Positions 52,331-64,000 of a stretch of DNA of 64,000 nt are shown here, piece after piece. Position 1 is the stretch's first letter. Each line of letters begins with the position of its first letter. Below the pieces are notes generated by a model. It was not told the DNA's origin. It did not search any database and saw nothing but the letters and a program-made list of their open reading frames with translations. The stretch is from Octopus sinensis (taxonomy: Eukaryota). The translations under genes were made by a program, and so were the position numbers. The stretch spans positions 105,214,001 to 105,278,000 of the forward strand of contig NC_043000.1 of NCBI RefSeq assembly GCF_006345805.1, written 5' to 3'.

Positions 52331-54003
52331 ATAACACTATACAACGGAGATTTTGTAAGTGGAATACAGGTGTTTCAACATATCAGTACGCTGATTTCAA
52401 ACATGTTATTTAAAATGATATATCATGTATAGATTTTTCCTAATCTTATCCTTCCGTTTCTGGACATTTTAGTGTAAACTGCATATAAAAATGTGCACAT
52501 ACACATTTAATATCAAATCGATACAGCTATGAAAATTGCACCATAGCTTTCTCCCTTTGTCAAATAAAGGAGAGTACTTTTGGGCAATAACGAATTAGTT
52601 TGATGTGTAATATGGTCAACCATTGGCCGCGTGACAGTAAGCTTACACTTTGATACACTCTTCGTTAAAATACTTGAATTAAATTAAATGGCCAGAGCAT
52701 AATATATTTTAGAATGGTATTGCATTAGTGTAATGTCAACGAATAAATACTTTTGTGTAAATCACATTACGAGAGGTTTTGCTAAATATGTGGGAAGTAT
52801 ACATCTCTGTAAGAGTATAGAAGAATTCATACAGCAATGAAAATGAAACTGGTCATTAAAGTAGATTCGGATACCACATATATGTTGTGCGCAGTGAATG
52901 CTAAACAGAAGACATTTCCTGTTCTCATGATTTGGAATAGGACTAAGATCATCGCGATGATTGTTATTTCTACAAAACGAAGATATTAGGTTTTTGCAAA
53001 GTAAAATATATTTAAATTCAAGCATCGAGACTGAATCAGCCTTGATAGCTATACAATGTGATAAAATATATCTTTTGCCAGTTCCGTCTAATGCAGAGTA
53101 GGTTATTTTCAAGAATCTAGCATTGTCAGTGACAGTGAACTGAGCAACCCACCTGACCCAGACGAAAATAATCTCCATATCTATTAAGCTAAGATTTAAA
53201 CGATCGAGTGAGGAGTTGAAAAAGAAATTACTTGGTTTCAAATTTCAGGAATAACCGCAATTTCATATTTTTTACTATGGCCATTTGAGATTAACGAAAA
53301 ATTAGTTTTGCTTTTTTTTTTTTTTTTTTTTTCTTAAGAGTGTTTATAGCCTGATGCACGAGATCTGAATACGTGTAGTTTTCACTAATTCTAGTAATGT
53401 TAATCTTAAAGACAAAAACAAGAAAATTTAAATAATTGCAGTGTATCTGAACTATCAGTACTGGAACATTTGAGGCTCCCTGAAAGTTATTTCAGTACTT
53501 GTGATGTCTCCAGCTTGGATACACAAAACATTTGTGACATTGTGTTTATGGGTTAGCAGGGATGTTAAGAATCGCTATAAAAACCTGACCGCGCTCTCAC
53601 TAGATAAGAAAGGGTAGTTTGAAAATAGGATATATAACTAAGGACACTACGAAAGAGTATATCTTCCACCTCTCCATATCAAGTTGGAGCTTATAAACAA
53701 GTTTGAAAAAGGCAAGGGTCATCATGGAAGGTGATTTTAACATTTGAAAACCGAATTCAGTGGTATTTAAACAGATTTCAAAACAGGTTGGAATTTTCAC
53801 TGGTCCATATATTCGTATCATCAACGATCATCATTCCCGAAACTCCTATTGAGTTTCGAGAATAATATAACTAACATAACTTCTGTAGAGGTCACAGGAA
53901 GAACTACTGTTAGCTCAAGAGCGACCTGTTGAATTCATATGAAATATCGGGTTTCAGGATGTCTCTTAATATACATATTTTGTATTCAGATATCGACTGG
54001 CAC

Positions 54004-54037
<34 letters not shown>

Positions 54038-54980
54038 CACATACACACACACACACACACCTCAGAATTTTATTGCAATAAGCAACGAGCACGGTGAATG
54101 TTTCCATTAAGATATCTCTGTTATAGAAAGCATATACGAAAGCAAGTTCAACTCAGATATGATGGGTAATTATGGCTGGTTTATATTACGAGACTGATCT
54201 GAATCTCATAAAATGAAATAGAATAACACAGTATATTTCGCTGTGCAATAAGTACTTACAATAACAGAGGAAATTCTTGCAATAACTTCGTGTACTTAAG
54301 ACGGATTCTAAGGTGCATGGGTGGTAATTTTCTCAGAGAATATTTATTTTGTCATAAGCCATAGTAAAGGAGGAAGGATACTCCTGTTTAACGTCTTTCC
54401 TATGTAGCTCACACTATTTTTAAAAGGAAACTTTGAAACGCGGCTAGCACTATCTAAATTTCAAGGATAACACGAAGAGGAATATTGTGAAGCAAAATCT
54501 AGTTGTGATGGCAAAATATGAATTTCAGGCCTGAATTTAGAATCGCTAAATTGTAAGAAATCGGTATTTCTCTTTCCGGTAACATTTATAATTTGTTGCA
54601 TAATGTAATTGGTGTGGTTGATCTGATAAGAAATAGAAAATTGACCAAAACAAGCAGCATACCAGGACTTACAACTTTACAAAGATAACAATATAAAGCT
54701 ATATTAGGGAACAGCAGACATTCTATGTAAGACATTCTCAATTTCGTAGCACCACCCTAACAACATCCATCTCAGGTATCACTCTCTTAATACAGTAATA
54801 CAATTTACAAAGTAAATAATCACTGACTTCATATTGTAGAAACTTTAATCACAAACAAGAGCAAACACCAAGAAGAGAAAGCACAAGGAACTACAAATCT
54901 TGAAACACAGTAAATTAGGTGAAACGCAAACACTTTTCCTCTCCCTGAAAAACAAAAGCTGCACACACACACACATACAG

Positions 54981-55030
<50 letters not shown>

Positions 55031-55449
55031 ACGCACGCACGCACACATACACGCACACACACAAACTTAACGCGGAACATGAACGTGCACCTGGTGTTGC
55101 AGAGGAAAATGTTACTTTCAATAAATCACCTTCAAAAGTTAATGTTGAAAATTAGCCTTATCTGTCTTTACTTCAAAGTCAATCAGAACCTTGCCAAATA
55201 ACCCATGATGCCCAAACAGTTAAGCTCACTCTTTGACTACAACGGAGCCTCTATGCATTCGCTCGATGTGCTAGTAATCGCAGCCAGATTTTATTTAAGT
55301 GACATTCTACATCATGGATGATAGAATTATTCCGTCACCCGGTATAAAATCATTTGGCCTTTGGATACTTTTAGCTGTGTTCATGCTATTACAAACATAG
55401 AGGCCATTGCAACAGTTTGAGGATAGCATCATTCGTCCCACTAGACTCA

Positions 55450-55600
55450 GAGGATCTCAAACTGTGACATGCCGCCCAGGCTTTGCTTCTCCTCTCAACT
55501 ATATCACCCTCTGTGTTCCCAATCTTTGCTCTCAGATACAGGAAGTCCTCAACCAACTCTAGTGGCGCTCCACCTGAAGAGAACAATTGTAGGTCTGTAG
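55450..55600 (-). mobile_element. RTE-clade RT C-terminal fragment
   Basis: LELVEDFLYLRAKIGNTEGDIVERRSKAWAACHSL resembles LE.V..F.YLG...DI..R..KAW.A. Confidence 0.75.
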
Positions 55601-55714
55601 TGAGTAAACTACGCATACGTGTCCTATTTAATGCATATACACGCAAATACTTTTGCCAACATTCGCTAGCGCTGCTACTAGTATGCTTTTCTACTATAGT
55701 TACAGATACTTGTA

Positions 55715-56175
55715 TTTTATATTCATCACGTGTTTTTGGTGATTTCTTGTGGGAAGACTTTGATCTTGTATAGCAATTAAAAATCCTTCAGTCTCTGCTT
55801 TGAGTCCTGAGCTTCTCAACCATTGTTGGGATTTTGCTTTGTCTATTTCTTTTCTGTTTAGCTTAACTGAATATTTGTCATGTGGGGCTTTTCTTGCCAT
55901 CGCTTCATCGTGATAAGTTACTGTTTCAGTTTTAGTTTGGATTTCAGTTGTTTCACAGTTTTTGTTGTTTCTTCTTTTTCCTCATAGCTGTTAGATACTA
56001 TGACTTCTTTTTATATTTGTCAGTTTTCTTAAAGACAGAAAACAGTCTTTTTGTTTTGTTCGTATTTTGTGGCTATTTGTATTAGTTTTCCTTGCTTCTG
56101 AAGTAAGTAATTCTGTAGTCCTGTAGTGGTTATTCTGTCATAGTTTTCTAGCTGTGTAAGGCCTCTGCCACCTTC

Positions 56176-56176
<1 letters not shown>
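55715..56176 (-). mobile_element. R4/Dong fragment (RT thumb to pre-knuckle linker); 5' end at (TAA)n
   Basis: EGGRGL.QLENY...IDKAKSQQWLRSSGLKAETEGFLIAIQDQSLPTRN. Confidence 0.85.
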
Positions 56177-56215
<39 letters not shown>

Positions 56216-56225
56216 TTATTATTAT

Positions 56226-56880
56226 ATGTTTGACTTTTACTTTATAATTGTGCAAGTCGACTCTAAGTCTCACCCAGAGACCTCAAGAGACAACAAGTTA
56301 GAAGTTCATTCTGGTGTTAAGCCTAGGGTGCCATATATTTGGTTTTGCACATAGTATTGTTCTAGAGAATGTTTAAGAAAACATAAGAAAATTATGAGTT
56401 TGTTTTAAAATTTGAAATTACATAGACAGTATTTTACGTAGGGTATGGACAGTTCCAATGAACACTATCGGTTGAATTTCTGCCATTTTGGGGTTCCTGG
56501 TATCTGAGCTAGGTAGCAATCAGTCCCTTTTGCTATCATTCCTAGGGCACCTATGACAACAGGTATTGTTTTAGTCTTCAGGTTCTACATTTTGCCAATT
56601 TCTGTTTCAAGATCTTTATACTTGTTCAGTTTTTTGGTAGATCTTGACAGATACGTTTATGTCGATTGGGACAGTCAGATCAATGAGGAAGCATGACTTT
56701 TGTCTGAAGTCTTTCAATATAATGTCTGGCCTATTCGCATCTATCTTTCTCTCAGTTTGAACAGTGAAGTTCGAGAGGAGTGAGATGTGATTATTTTCAA
56801 GCAGTGGAAGTGGTTTGTGTTCCCACCAGTTTTTATCATGGGGTAGGTCCAGGTTTTTGCAAATTACCCAGTGAATATTG
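56226..56880 (-). mobile_element. R4/Dong 3' end: endonuclease, 3'UTR and (TAA)n
   Basis: IHWVICK...WWEHKP...QTERKIDANRPDIILKD...LIDLTVP...KYKDL...IPVVIGALG...TLRKILSM*. Confidence 0.9.
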
Positions 56881-56894
56881 ACTGTTGATGTCAG

Positions 56895-57145
56895 AAACAT
56901 CTTGACATCATCCCAGGAGAACCATGTCTCAAAGAAATCCAAAAGATTGTACTGACAAGTACTCCCACATCCTTAGAAAAACACTATCCATTTAGATGTT
57001 TGTGTTGTATTACATGAAGATATTTCGCTACTTCCCCTCCCCAAGCGTTCAGTCATGCTGTAACATCTCTTATCCTTCACTTGCCCCAGGACGCTGGGTG
57101 TGTCTCGGCAAGTGACTATAACAAAGATGCAGATTAAAAGTAAAA
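56895..57145 (+). mobile_element. R4/Dong extreme 3' end of another subfamily, opposite orientation, followed by (AAC)(AAT)n
   Basis: KHLDIIPGEPCLKEIQKIVLTST then ILRKTLSI* after a frameshift, followed by 3'UTR and (AAT)n to 57223. Confidence 0.78.
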
Positions 57146-57164
57146 CAACAACAACAATAATGAC

Positions 57165-57225
<61 letters not shown>

Positions 57226-57501
57226 TCATGCCGACACCACCACCAGTATTATTAAAACAACTATCGTCAGTATATTATCGTTAGCACAGTTACCATCATC
57301 ACACCACAGGCATCATTACACCGCTACCATGACTTTCATTACCACCACCACGACCTCGACCTTCATCTCAATCACCGCCACCACTTCCAAGCACCACTAC
57401 CATTCACACTACTATCATCAACCACTTTGTTAACCTCAAGAAATTTTAAGGTTAAGTTTGCTGTTTAGCATGGAAAGTTGCCAGAAATATTTGGGTGTTG
57501 G

Positions 57502-57513
57502 GTAGTAGTAGTA

Positions 57514-57574
<61 letters not shown>

Positions 57575-57599
57575 TGTTGTTGTTGTTGTTGTTGTTGTT
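57502..57599. repeat. (GTA)n(GTT)n microsatellite
   Basis: Direct tandem repeat. Confidence 0.95.
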
Positions 57600-58455
57600 A
57601 TAGCGGCAGCTGCTGCAGTGGAAGCTGTAGCTGCAATGGCTGCGGTGGCGGCAGTAGTAGAGGTGTAGGGAGAGGAATATAAGTGAGTGTGATGATGTCA
57701 GTTGTTACTGTTTAACCACAAGTCAAGCTTGGGTGAACAAGCCGTGACCACCTCATCGTTTTGGAAGTATGTAATACTATTTTGTTCGATGTGTCCTTAC
57801 TGGCTTAAGTTGGCCGAGTTGTGATTTGAGAGTATTTGGCAGCTGTTTCTAGTAGGCTGAGCAATCATGTAGAATTGTTCATTAACTCCTTGGTTAGTTT
57901 AACGGGGATGGTGGTGGTGGTGGTACCAGTAGAGAAAATGTTGGAGGTGAGTAGTAGTAATGGCAGATGTAGCGTTGATAATGATAGCCAATGATGGGGT
58001 TGATGGCGGCAGTAATGGTTGTGAAGGTAGCGGGTGTGGTGGTGACAGCAGTGAAGGTGACGGCAGCAAGGGTGTGCACAGATTATGCAGAAAATACTTT
58101 GCATCATGTCTCGACTGTCTATAACCTTTTCTACCGCAGAAACAGCTGTTAGTGCGTCTGCATGGAAGTGTGAAGGAAGCAGTGAGTGATTCTCTGTGTG
58201 TATTTGTGTATGTGATTGGTTGTTTTGAATGCTCACACCTGACCTGGTTTGCTGAGGTGACTCCTTGAATCATAAATGGAGTAGCACAGTACACAATTGA
58301 CCAAAATAACTCGGACATTCCCTTATAGTATGCATAGCTGTAACAAAATTGTCTGTCGCTACTGAGAACAGGTGATAAAAGGGTTATGACTTTACAGTCG
58401 GCTACTGATGTAGGAAATGCCCCGTAGTGAATGGTGTAAAACACACACACATACA

Positions 58456-58494
<39 letters not shown>

Positions 58495-58495
<1 letters not shown>

Positions 58496-58690
58496 GTAAC
58501 CACGTGTGAATCGTTGGCGATTTTCCTCCTCCCTCTTGCCTTCTATTGAACTTTCCTGTTTCCGAAGAAGAGCATCTGCTCGAAACGTTAAACCATATTT
58601 TCTTTCCTGAGCGTCTGCTAATACATTATATGTACCACGTCCTCGTGTTGTTGTTGTTCTTGTTTTTTGTTTTGGGGGATTTACTATATA
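58495..58690 (+). mobile_element. Short Penelope-like remnant with hammerhead-like motif (58558-58593), flanked by (TA)n on both sides
   Basis: gttt-CCGAAGA-A-GAGC atct GCTC-GAAA-cgTT-aaac, then ctgagcgt...ctaatac...tcgtgttg...actatata, related to 46340-46490. Confidence 0.7.
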
Positions 58691-59243
58691 TATATATATA
58701 TATGCGCGGTGGGATGTATTTACGTTTGTAACGAACTGGAATGGGACAATGCTTATTCAAAATACAAGGTGTAGATAACATTTTTTAAATAATATTTATG
58801 TTAAATTTCAGATACCTAAGATTTCATTCTGATGTAAATCAGTACTGCTTGTAACAAGAATTCAATTTGCAAATGGCATTCTGCCACTGTTGATGACGAA
58901 AGTGTGTTTGTGCCCGTGTGTGTGGATGTGAGTGTGCGTGCGTGCCCGTGTGTGTGTGAATGCGTGTGCGTGCGTGTGTGTATGTGCGTGTGCGCGTGTG
59001 TGGTTATATATATATATATATATGTTTATATATATATATATATATATATGTTTATATATATGTGTGTATATATACATGTATATGTATGTATATCTTTATG
59101 TATGTGTGTTTATTATATACATATGTCTCAATACGTTTATAATATACGTGACTATATGTCCGTATCATACTTCTAGCCTAATATTTAACATACATGTAAA
59201 AATCTGTAAAAATGACAATAATTATTACTATTGTTTACTTCTG

Positions 59244-59890
59244 TGGTGAGCTGGCAGAATCGCTAGCACGTCGAATAAAATGCTCCGTGACATTTTTCCC
59301 AGCTTTAGGTTTCTAGTTCAAATTACGACGACGCTGGTTTTTGCCTTTTATCCTTTCAGGTTGATAAAAATAAGTAACAGTTGAACACTGGGTTTGATGT
59401 AATTGACTTGCCCCTTCTCTGAAATTGTTGACTTGCGCCAAAATTTGAAACCATTATTGTCAGCAGCAGCAGTAGCAGTAGTAGTAGTAGTTGGTGAACC
59501 AGCAGAGTCATTTACGCAACGAACAGAATGCTTCGCGACATTTCTTTCGTCCTGGTTTCAAATCCTTTTTCATCCTTTTGGGGTCAATAAAAAAAAAGTA
59601 CCAGTCAAGTATGACGGTCGCTATCGACAAATACCTTTCCTTCAAAATTTCTGATCTGGAATTTGAAACCATTATTAAAGGCGTCAAGCTGGCAAAATCG
59701 TTAGAGCGTCAATGAAAATGCTTAATGGAAGAATTTCTTCGAACTCTTTATGTTCTATGCTCATATTCCGCTGAGCCTAACTTTATTCATCATTTTTAGT
59801 GGTCAATAAAATAAGTAGAAGTTGAGCTTTGGGTTTGATGTGATCGACTATCACTCTCTTCTATAATTACTGGCCTTAAGCCAAAATTAA
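59244..59890 (+). mobile_element. Three tandem degenerate Meta/MESC-domain SINEs (about 59244-59452, 59492-59670 and 59678-59890)
   Basis: Each has a ctggca-like head, a degraded cctttt(t)atcctt...g(g)tcaataaaa domain and an aatttgaaacc-like tail. Confidence 0.78.
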
Positions 59891-59967
59891 AAAGAATTAT
59901 AATTATCATCAATGCCTACAAGCCTGTTGATAAATGAAAATCTGATAGATGTACATACAATCGAATA

Positions 59968-60014
<47 letters not shown>

Positions 60015-60384
60015 TATAATATATATATTTATATAAGAACAGAGGCAAATTAAAAATGCACGCCACATACGCATCAATACTAAGAAAAATCAATACAATC
60101 ACGCATTCATTTATGCATATATCAATACATTACCAAACATTCAAATCTACAAAAATACATGCATGTACACTCATATACACATATACGTGTGCGTGTGTGT
60201 AAATGTAACATATATATATATATATATACGTGTATGCATTTGTGCGTTTGCAATGTGTGTTTATAATGTATATATTTTTTATATCTACATGTTTGCATTT
60301 ATATATGTATATGTGTGTGTTTGTGCCTCTGTGTGTATGTACGTGTATATGTATATTATATATATATATATATTATATGTGTGT

Positions 60385-60432
<48 letters not shown>

Positions 60433-60719
60433 TGTGTGGCGTATTTACATAAGATGTGGAAAAAACAGCGTAGCAATCATATAGGCCTGTATGTGTGTCT
60501 AAGTGCGTGTGCGCGCGTCTGTGTAGTTTCAAGAGATGTGGGCGCGTAATGTGTATTTATATCTTATATACTCTTTTTTTCTACAAGAGAGAGTGAACAT
60601 GTCTAAGTTTGTTGTTTGCTGTCCAATCCCACACCACCACCACCACCACTAGAACACTATTACATTTACTCATAAACACTCCAACTCACATGCATGCACA
60701 CAAACGCACCAAGTCATAT

Positions 60720-60957
60720 TTTCTTATTTCTTTATTGCCCACAAGGGGCTAAACACAGAGGGGACAAACAAGGACAGACAAAGGGATTAAGTCGATTATA
60801 TCGACCCCAGTGCGTAACTGGTACTTAATTTATCGACTCCGAAAGGATGAAAGGCAAAGTCGACCTCGGCGGAATTTGAACTCAGAACGTAACGGCAGGC
60901 GAAATACGGCTACGCACTTCGCCCGGCGTGCTAACGATTCTGCCAGCTCGCCGCCTT
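60720..60957 (-). mobile_element. Young full-length Meta/MESC-domain SINE with the agccccttgtgggcaataaagaaat tail
   Basis: Near-consensus copy; reverse complement of the 28506-28733 subfamily. Confidence 0.95.
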
Positions 60958-61845
60958 CTGTCAGTTTATCTCTGTCCCTTTCATTCTGCTCACACACATA
61001 CAAACACACACACACACACACACAACACACACACACACATACACACACAAACTCACACATGCACATACACATACACACACGCATACTCATATTGACGAAA
61101 GTCAGAGCAAGCGCTGTCAACTGATATATCTGTGCGTGTAAACATATAAGCGTATATGTGTGTGTATGTGTGTGTTCACGCGTGTGTGTGTGAGTGTATA
61201 CATGTATATATACATACATACATACATACATACATACATTTCAGTAATATGTAATAGGAAATACATTCCGTTACGCAAGATCTTCTTCAGTTAATACATT
61301 TCAGAATAAACGTACGTATTAAATGCTTTCAAAATATTAGTTGGTTTGACTTACAAATTTAAAATTATATACATGTATATATATATGCTCATATGTTTAT
61401 ATGTATGTACACATATATACAATACACTCGTATGGTAGAAGTCAACCCGTTACCGAGAATGATCACTTCCAAAACTCGCTGCAAACGTACCGAGACCTCA
61501 AGAATTTCTTGTGCGTGAATCTGTTTTGAGTGGATAAAGGGTTGTGTTGTACGGAACCCTCTTTTCAGCGCAGTCATCTATACATATACAAATGTATATC
61601 TATATATGCGCGCACACACATACACATACACATACATGCACACAATATATATTGTAGATTTTTCCTTGGACAAGCTGTGATATATAGACTAATATTGTTT
61701 AGAGACAATGTCGTCATCATCAAGACCAATGACATCCATTTACTAACCTTTCTTTACCTGCTGATGACAGTCATGTATGTATGCATAATGCATCTACACA
61801 TCACTTGCAGCATACAACAAATATAGATATATAGAATATATATTG

Positions 61846-61984
61846 GTTTCAAATTTTGGCACAAAGCCAGCAATTCGTGGTAGGAGGGCGAGTCGAGTAC
61901 ATCAACCCCTGTACTCAAATGGTACTTATTTTATCGATAGAGACGGACGAAATGCTGCTAACGATTCTGCCAGCCTGCTGCCTT
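61846..61984 (-). mobile_element. Internally deleted Meta/MESC-domain SINE
   Basis: gtttcaaattttggcacaaagccagcaatt...ggtacttattttatcga...ctaacgattctgccagc. Confidence 0.75.
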
Positions 61985-62516
61985 TATATAGTATTATATA
62001 TTAATCGTCTTACGTACACGCTCGCACACGCACCATCCTGCACATACAGACTCATACACATATGTATATGTGCATGTACATAGACACACTTTGCCTTATA
62101 ATTCACGTCATTTCGTCCTTATATTATCTTTATTACAAATCCTTATATACTGTTATAGTATTGCTCTATATGAGCGATGGCATGGCAGAATCGTTAGTGT
62201 TCGACAAAATGCTTCATAGTTTATTTTTCTGATTGCTTATGTTCTGAGTTCAAATCTCTGACTCGTCAGTTTGATCTTTCATCTTTCCGGAGGGGTTATA
62301 AAATAAAATACTAGTAATGAACTAAAACCTATGAAATAGACCATTCTTTTCTTTCCAAATTTCTGATCTTAACTCTGTATAAAACCTACGATTTCTGATT
62401 TCATACCCGAACTTTTTCTATATATTCGCTCTCTACTTCAATATATCCCATTACTTTGTTAAAATTAACGCTAAGATTTATTCTCGTTATATTAGTGAAA
62501 TATATATTTCTATTAG

Positions 62517-62539
<23 letters not shown>

Positions 62540-62547
<8 letters not shown>

Positions 62548-62929
62548 GCTGAGTGTTAAGAAGCTTGCTTCCCAAACCACATGGTTCTGGGTTCATTCCC
62601 ACTGCATGGCACCTTGGGCAAGTGTCTTCTACTATAACCTCGGGCCGACCAAAGCCTTGTGAGTGGATTTGGTAGACGGAAATTGAAAGAAGCCTGTCAT
62701 ATATATATGTGTGTGTATGTGTGTGTGTTTGTCCCCCCACCACCATCGCTTGACAACCGATGTTGGTATGTTTACGTCCCCGTAACATAGCAATTCAGCA
62801 AAAGAGGCCGACAGAATAAGTATTAGGCTTACAAAGAATAAGTCCTGGGGTCGATTTGCTCGACTAAAGGCGGTGCTCCAGCATGGCCGCAGTCAAATGA
62901 CTGAAACAAGTAAAAGAATAAAAGAATAT
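62540..62929 (+). mobile_element. Full-length CORE-type tRNA-derived SINE
   Basis: tRNA-like head (gtggctgagtgttaag...gggttcattccc), CORE-like ggcaccttgggcaagtgtctt, internal microsatellite, and tail cagtcaaatgactgaaacaagtaaaagaata. Confidence 0.92.
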
Positions 62930-62934
62930 ACACA

Positions 62935-62975
<41 letters not shown>

Positions 62976-63202
62976 AGTGGCATGCATATATGTTTATTAG
63001 TTAAGCTTTTGAATTCAATACAAAAAACATGCCTAGTTTCTCTTATTCAAATATCTCTTTTCATCACAACTGATTTTTACTCTTTCCCCCCTCTCTCCCT
63101 CTCTCTTTCACTCTATTTTTCTTTCGCGCTTGCCTCTGTAATCATCTCTTCTCACCACTTCCTCTCTTTGTATATTTCTTCCTTCTCCCTCCTCTCTTTC
63201 GT

Positions 63203-63237
<35 letters not shown>

Positions 63238-63374
63238 TCTCTCCATTTCTCTCAATTACTTTCACTCATTTCAGCTCTCTTATGCGCTACACAAATGCAC
63301 ATAAATGCACACAACATGCTGCATGCATCCGACGCTAGCTAGCGTAAAAACAAACACCAACCACGTTGCTGCTG

Positions 63375-63407
<33 letters not shown>

Positions 63408-63676
63408 TTACTACTACTGTTGCTGCTGCTGATGCTGCTGCTGCAAGATATTTATTGTAAATATCATATATTACATTACGACATGCCGCTGCTATATTTC
63501 TGCACCCAGCCAGTAAAGTAAGCTTCTCAGCAACCAGCCTGACAGCCAGCCACCCAGTTACGCAGCCACACAGCCAGCTGCAGTCAATGTCAGCCTTTAG
63601 TTTTGACTATCTGTCTCTCATGAAACAACTCAGATTTTCGACCCACGAGACACCGTCAGAGAGGTTTCCATCGTTT

Positions 63677-63890
63677 ATCTTTACTTGTTTCATTCACTTG
63701 ACTGCGGCCATGCTGGGACACCGCCTTGGTGGGTTTAGTCGAACAAATCGACTCCAATACCTACTTTTCGTTTTTTAAAACCTGGCACTTATTCTATCGG
63801 ACTCTTTTTTTTTGCCGAACTGCTAGGTTACGGGGGACGTAAACAAACTAACACCGATTGTCAAGCGGTGGTAGGGGACAAATACAACAC
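63677..63890 (-). mobile_element. CORE-type SINE 3' part, inverted relative to 62540-62929
   Basis: cttttacttgttt...ttgactgcggccatgctgg...ttacgggggacgtaaac...ttgtcaagcggtgg. Confidence 0.88.
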
Positions 63891-64000
63891 AAACCCACAC
63901 ACCACACACGCACACGTATATATATATATATATATATCTCACATACACACACACACATGCACACGCACACACTCGCACGCGCACTCGCACTCACATGCGC

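Noticed and set aside
52762-53241. 159-aa non-repetitive minus-strand ORF
   Set aside because: No recognisable motif or convincing splice boundaries; may be a chance ORF or very old transposon debris
58238-58345. Possible minus-strand exon (ttttgttacag acceptor, YAYYKGMSELFWSIVYCATPFMIQGVTSANQ, cag/gtcagg donor)
   Set aside because: Weak splice signals and an unrecognised peptide; needs RNA-seq or homology support
61262-61297. Minus-strand CTGAAGA hammerhead-like start
   Set aside because: Lacks GAAA and stems I and III

Overview
AT-rich, microsatellite-saturated eukaryotic non-coding DNA with no recognisable host protein-coding exon. It is most likely intronic or intergenic octopus (coleoid cephalopod) sequence, inferred from the SINE families. 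Almost all ORFs in the track are translations of (TA)n, (CA)n, (GATA)n, (TATG)n or trinucleotide repeats. The real structure is a transposon graveyard: about 20 copies of a tRNA-headed Meta/MESC-domain SINE, several CORE-type SINEs, a third tRNA-SINE and an old unassigned repeat; fragments of R4/Dong retrotransposons sitting in (TAA)n, Tx1/L1-clade 3' ends sitting in (ATC)n, RTE fragments, Penelope-like fragments, Tc1/mariner remnants, and a complete non-autonomous Helitron. Most notable: (i) the youngest SINE subfamily has a 3' tail homologous to the 3' end of the Tx1-like LINE, a candidate SINE/LINE partnership; (ii) that Tx1-like LINE appears tied to (ATC)n microsatellites; (iii) eight minimal hammerhead-ribozyme-like motifs (nine copies counting a tandem duplicate) mostly abut (TA)n tracts, some with a compensatory U3-A8 core; (iv) an inverted SINE pair shares private variants; (v) a dense CTAATTG homeodomain-site cluster. 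All calls come from manual reading, and boundaries of degraded elements are approximate.
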